The notes under the pieces: generated by a model
What the model saw: only the letters and a program-made list of their open reading frames with translations
What the model was told of the DNA's origin: nothing
Databases searched by the model: none
Shown here: in pieces, positions 63,579 through 64,000 of the stretch
Layout: every line of letters begins with the position of its first letter
Position numbering within the stretch: the stretch's first letter is position 1
Translations under genes and position numbers: made by a program
Source: Balanoglossus misakiensis
Lineage: Eukaryota > Animalia > Hemichordata
NCBI GenBank assembly: GCA_040954595.2
Contig: CM082592.2
Location: 11,503,912 to 11,567,911, forward strand
Reading direction: 5' to 3'
Length of the DNA: 64,000 nt

Positions 63579-64000
63579 CTGAAAGCCAAGCACATTGCAA
63601 ACGTTACAACGGAGTGTCGCGTTTCGGGATTCACAGTCATAGTGTCACGTTCCGGAGATGTGCTGTTTTCAGACCTGATATCGATACAGTGTGGTCTCTG
63701 TTTCACAGTTAGGACTGAGCTTTGTTTTTATAGAGTCCGTGAAATATGTTTGGGCTCGTGTCTTGAATGTCGTTTTGTGGCGAGTCATGCACTTTCAAGG
63801 GCGGGCAAAGGAAAGGGGGTGATATGAATTGACAGACGGATGAAGTCAAATTTCAAATGTCTTTAGTGAATCCTTCTGTTGTGTCAACCGAGGGAGGGGA
63901 AGTCTGAATGTTCCCTTGGTCTTTTTTTCTGCTCCGACGAAAACGCCAAGGCTTTGATGAAACCAACCCAGTATGTGGCTTCAAGAAAGCACGTCAATAT

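Overview
This is intron-containing animal genomic DNA, most likely from an invertebrate deuterostome (hemichordate- or echinoderm-like; inference). The left 34 kb is a compact cluster of spliced genes, in order: SSRP1 (-, 3' end unresolved), UNC93A-like (+), a peroxisomal D-amino-acid/D-aspartate oxidase (+), MRPS23 (-), CUEDC1 (+), a membrane C-type lectin with a mucin stalk (-), an SLC7 light-chain amino-acid transporter (+) and two tandem FabG-like short-chain dehydrogenases (-). The right 30 kb holds only the last two exons of Lhx1/5 (lim1, -), a ~10 kb intron and a ~19 kb motif-rich gene desert. I found no clearly novel biological system. The best leads are an apparent ancient MRPS23-CUEDC1(-Lhx1/5) linkage, CTCF-like motifs at the cluster/desert border, a mosaic CpG footprint, an oxidase with a mixed DAO/DDO active site and a GC-AG intron, and a possible unannotated antisense transcript at ~21.7-22.25 kb. 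Exon coordinates were read by eye and may be off by a few bases.
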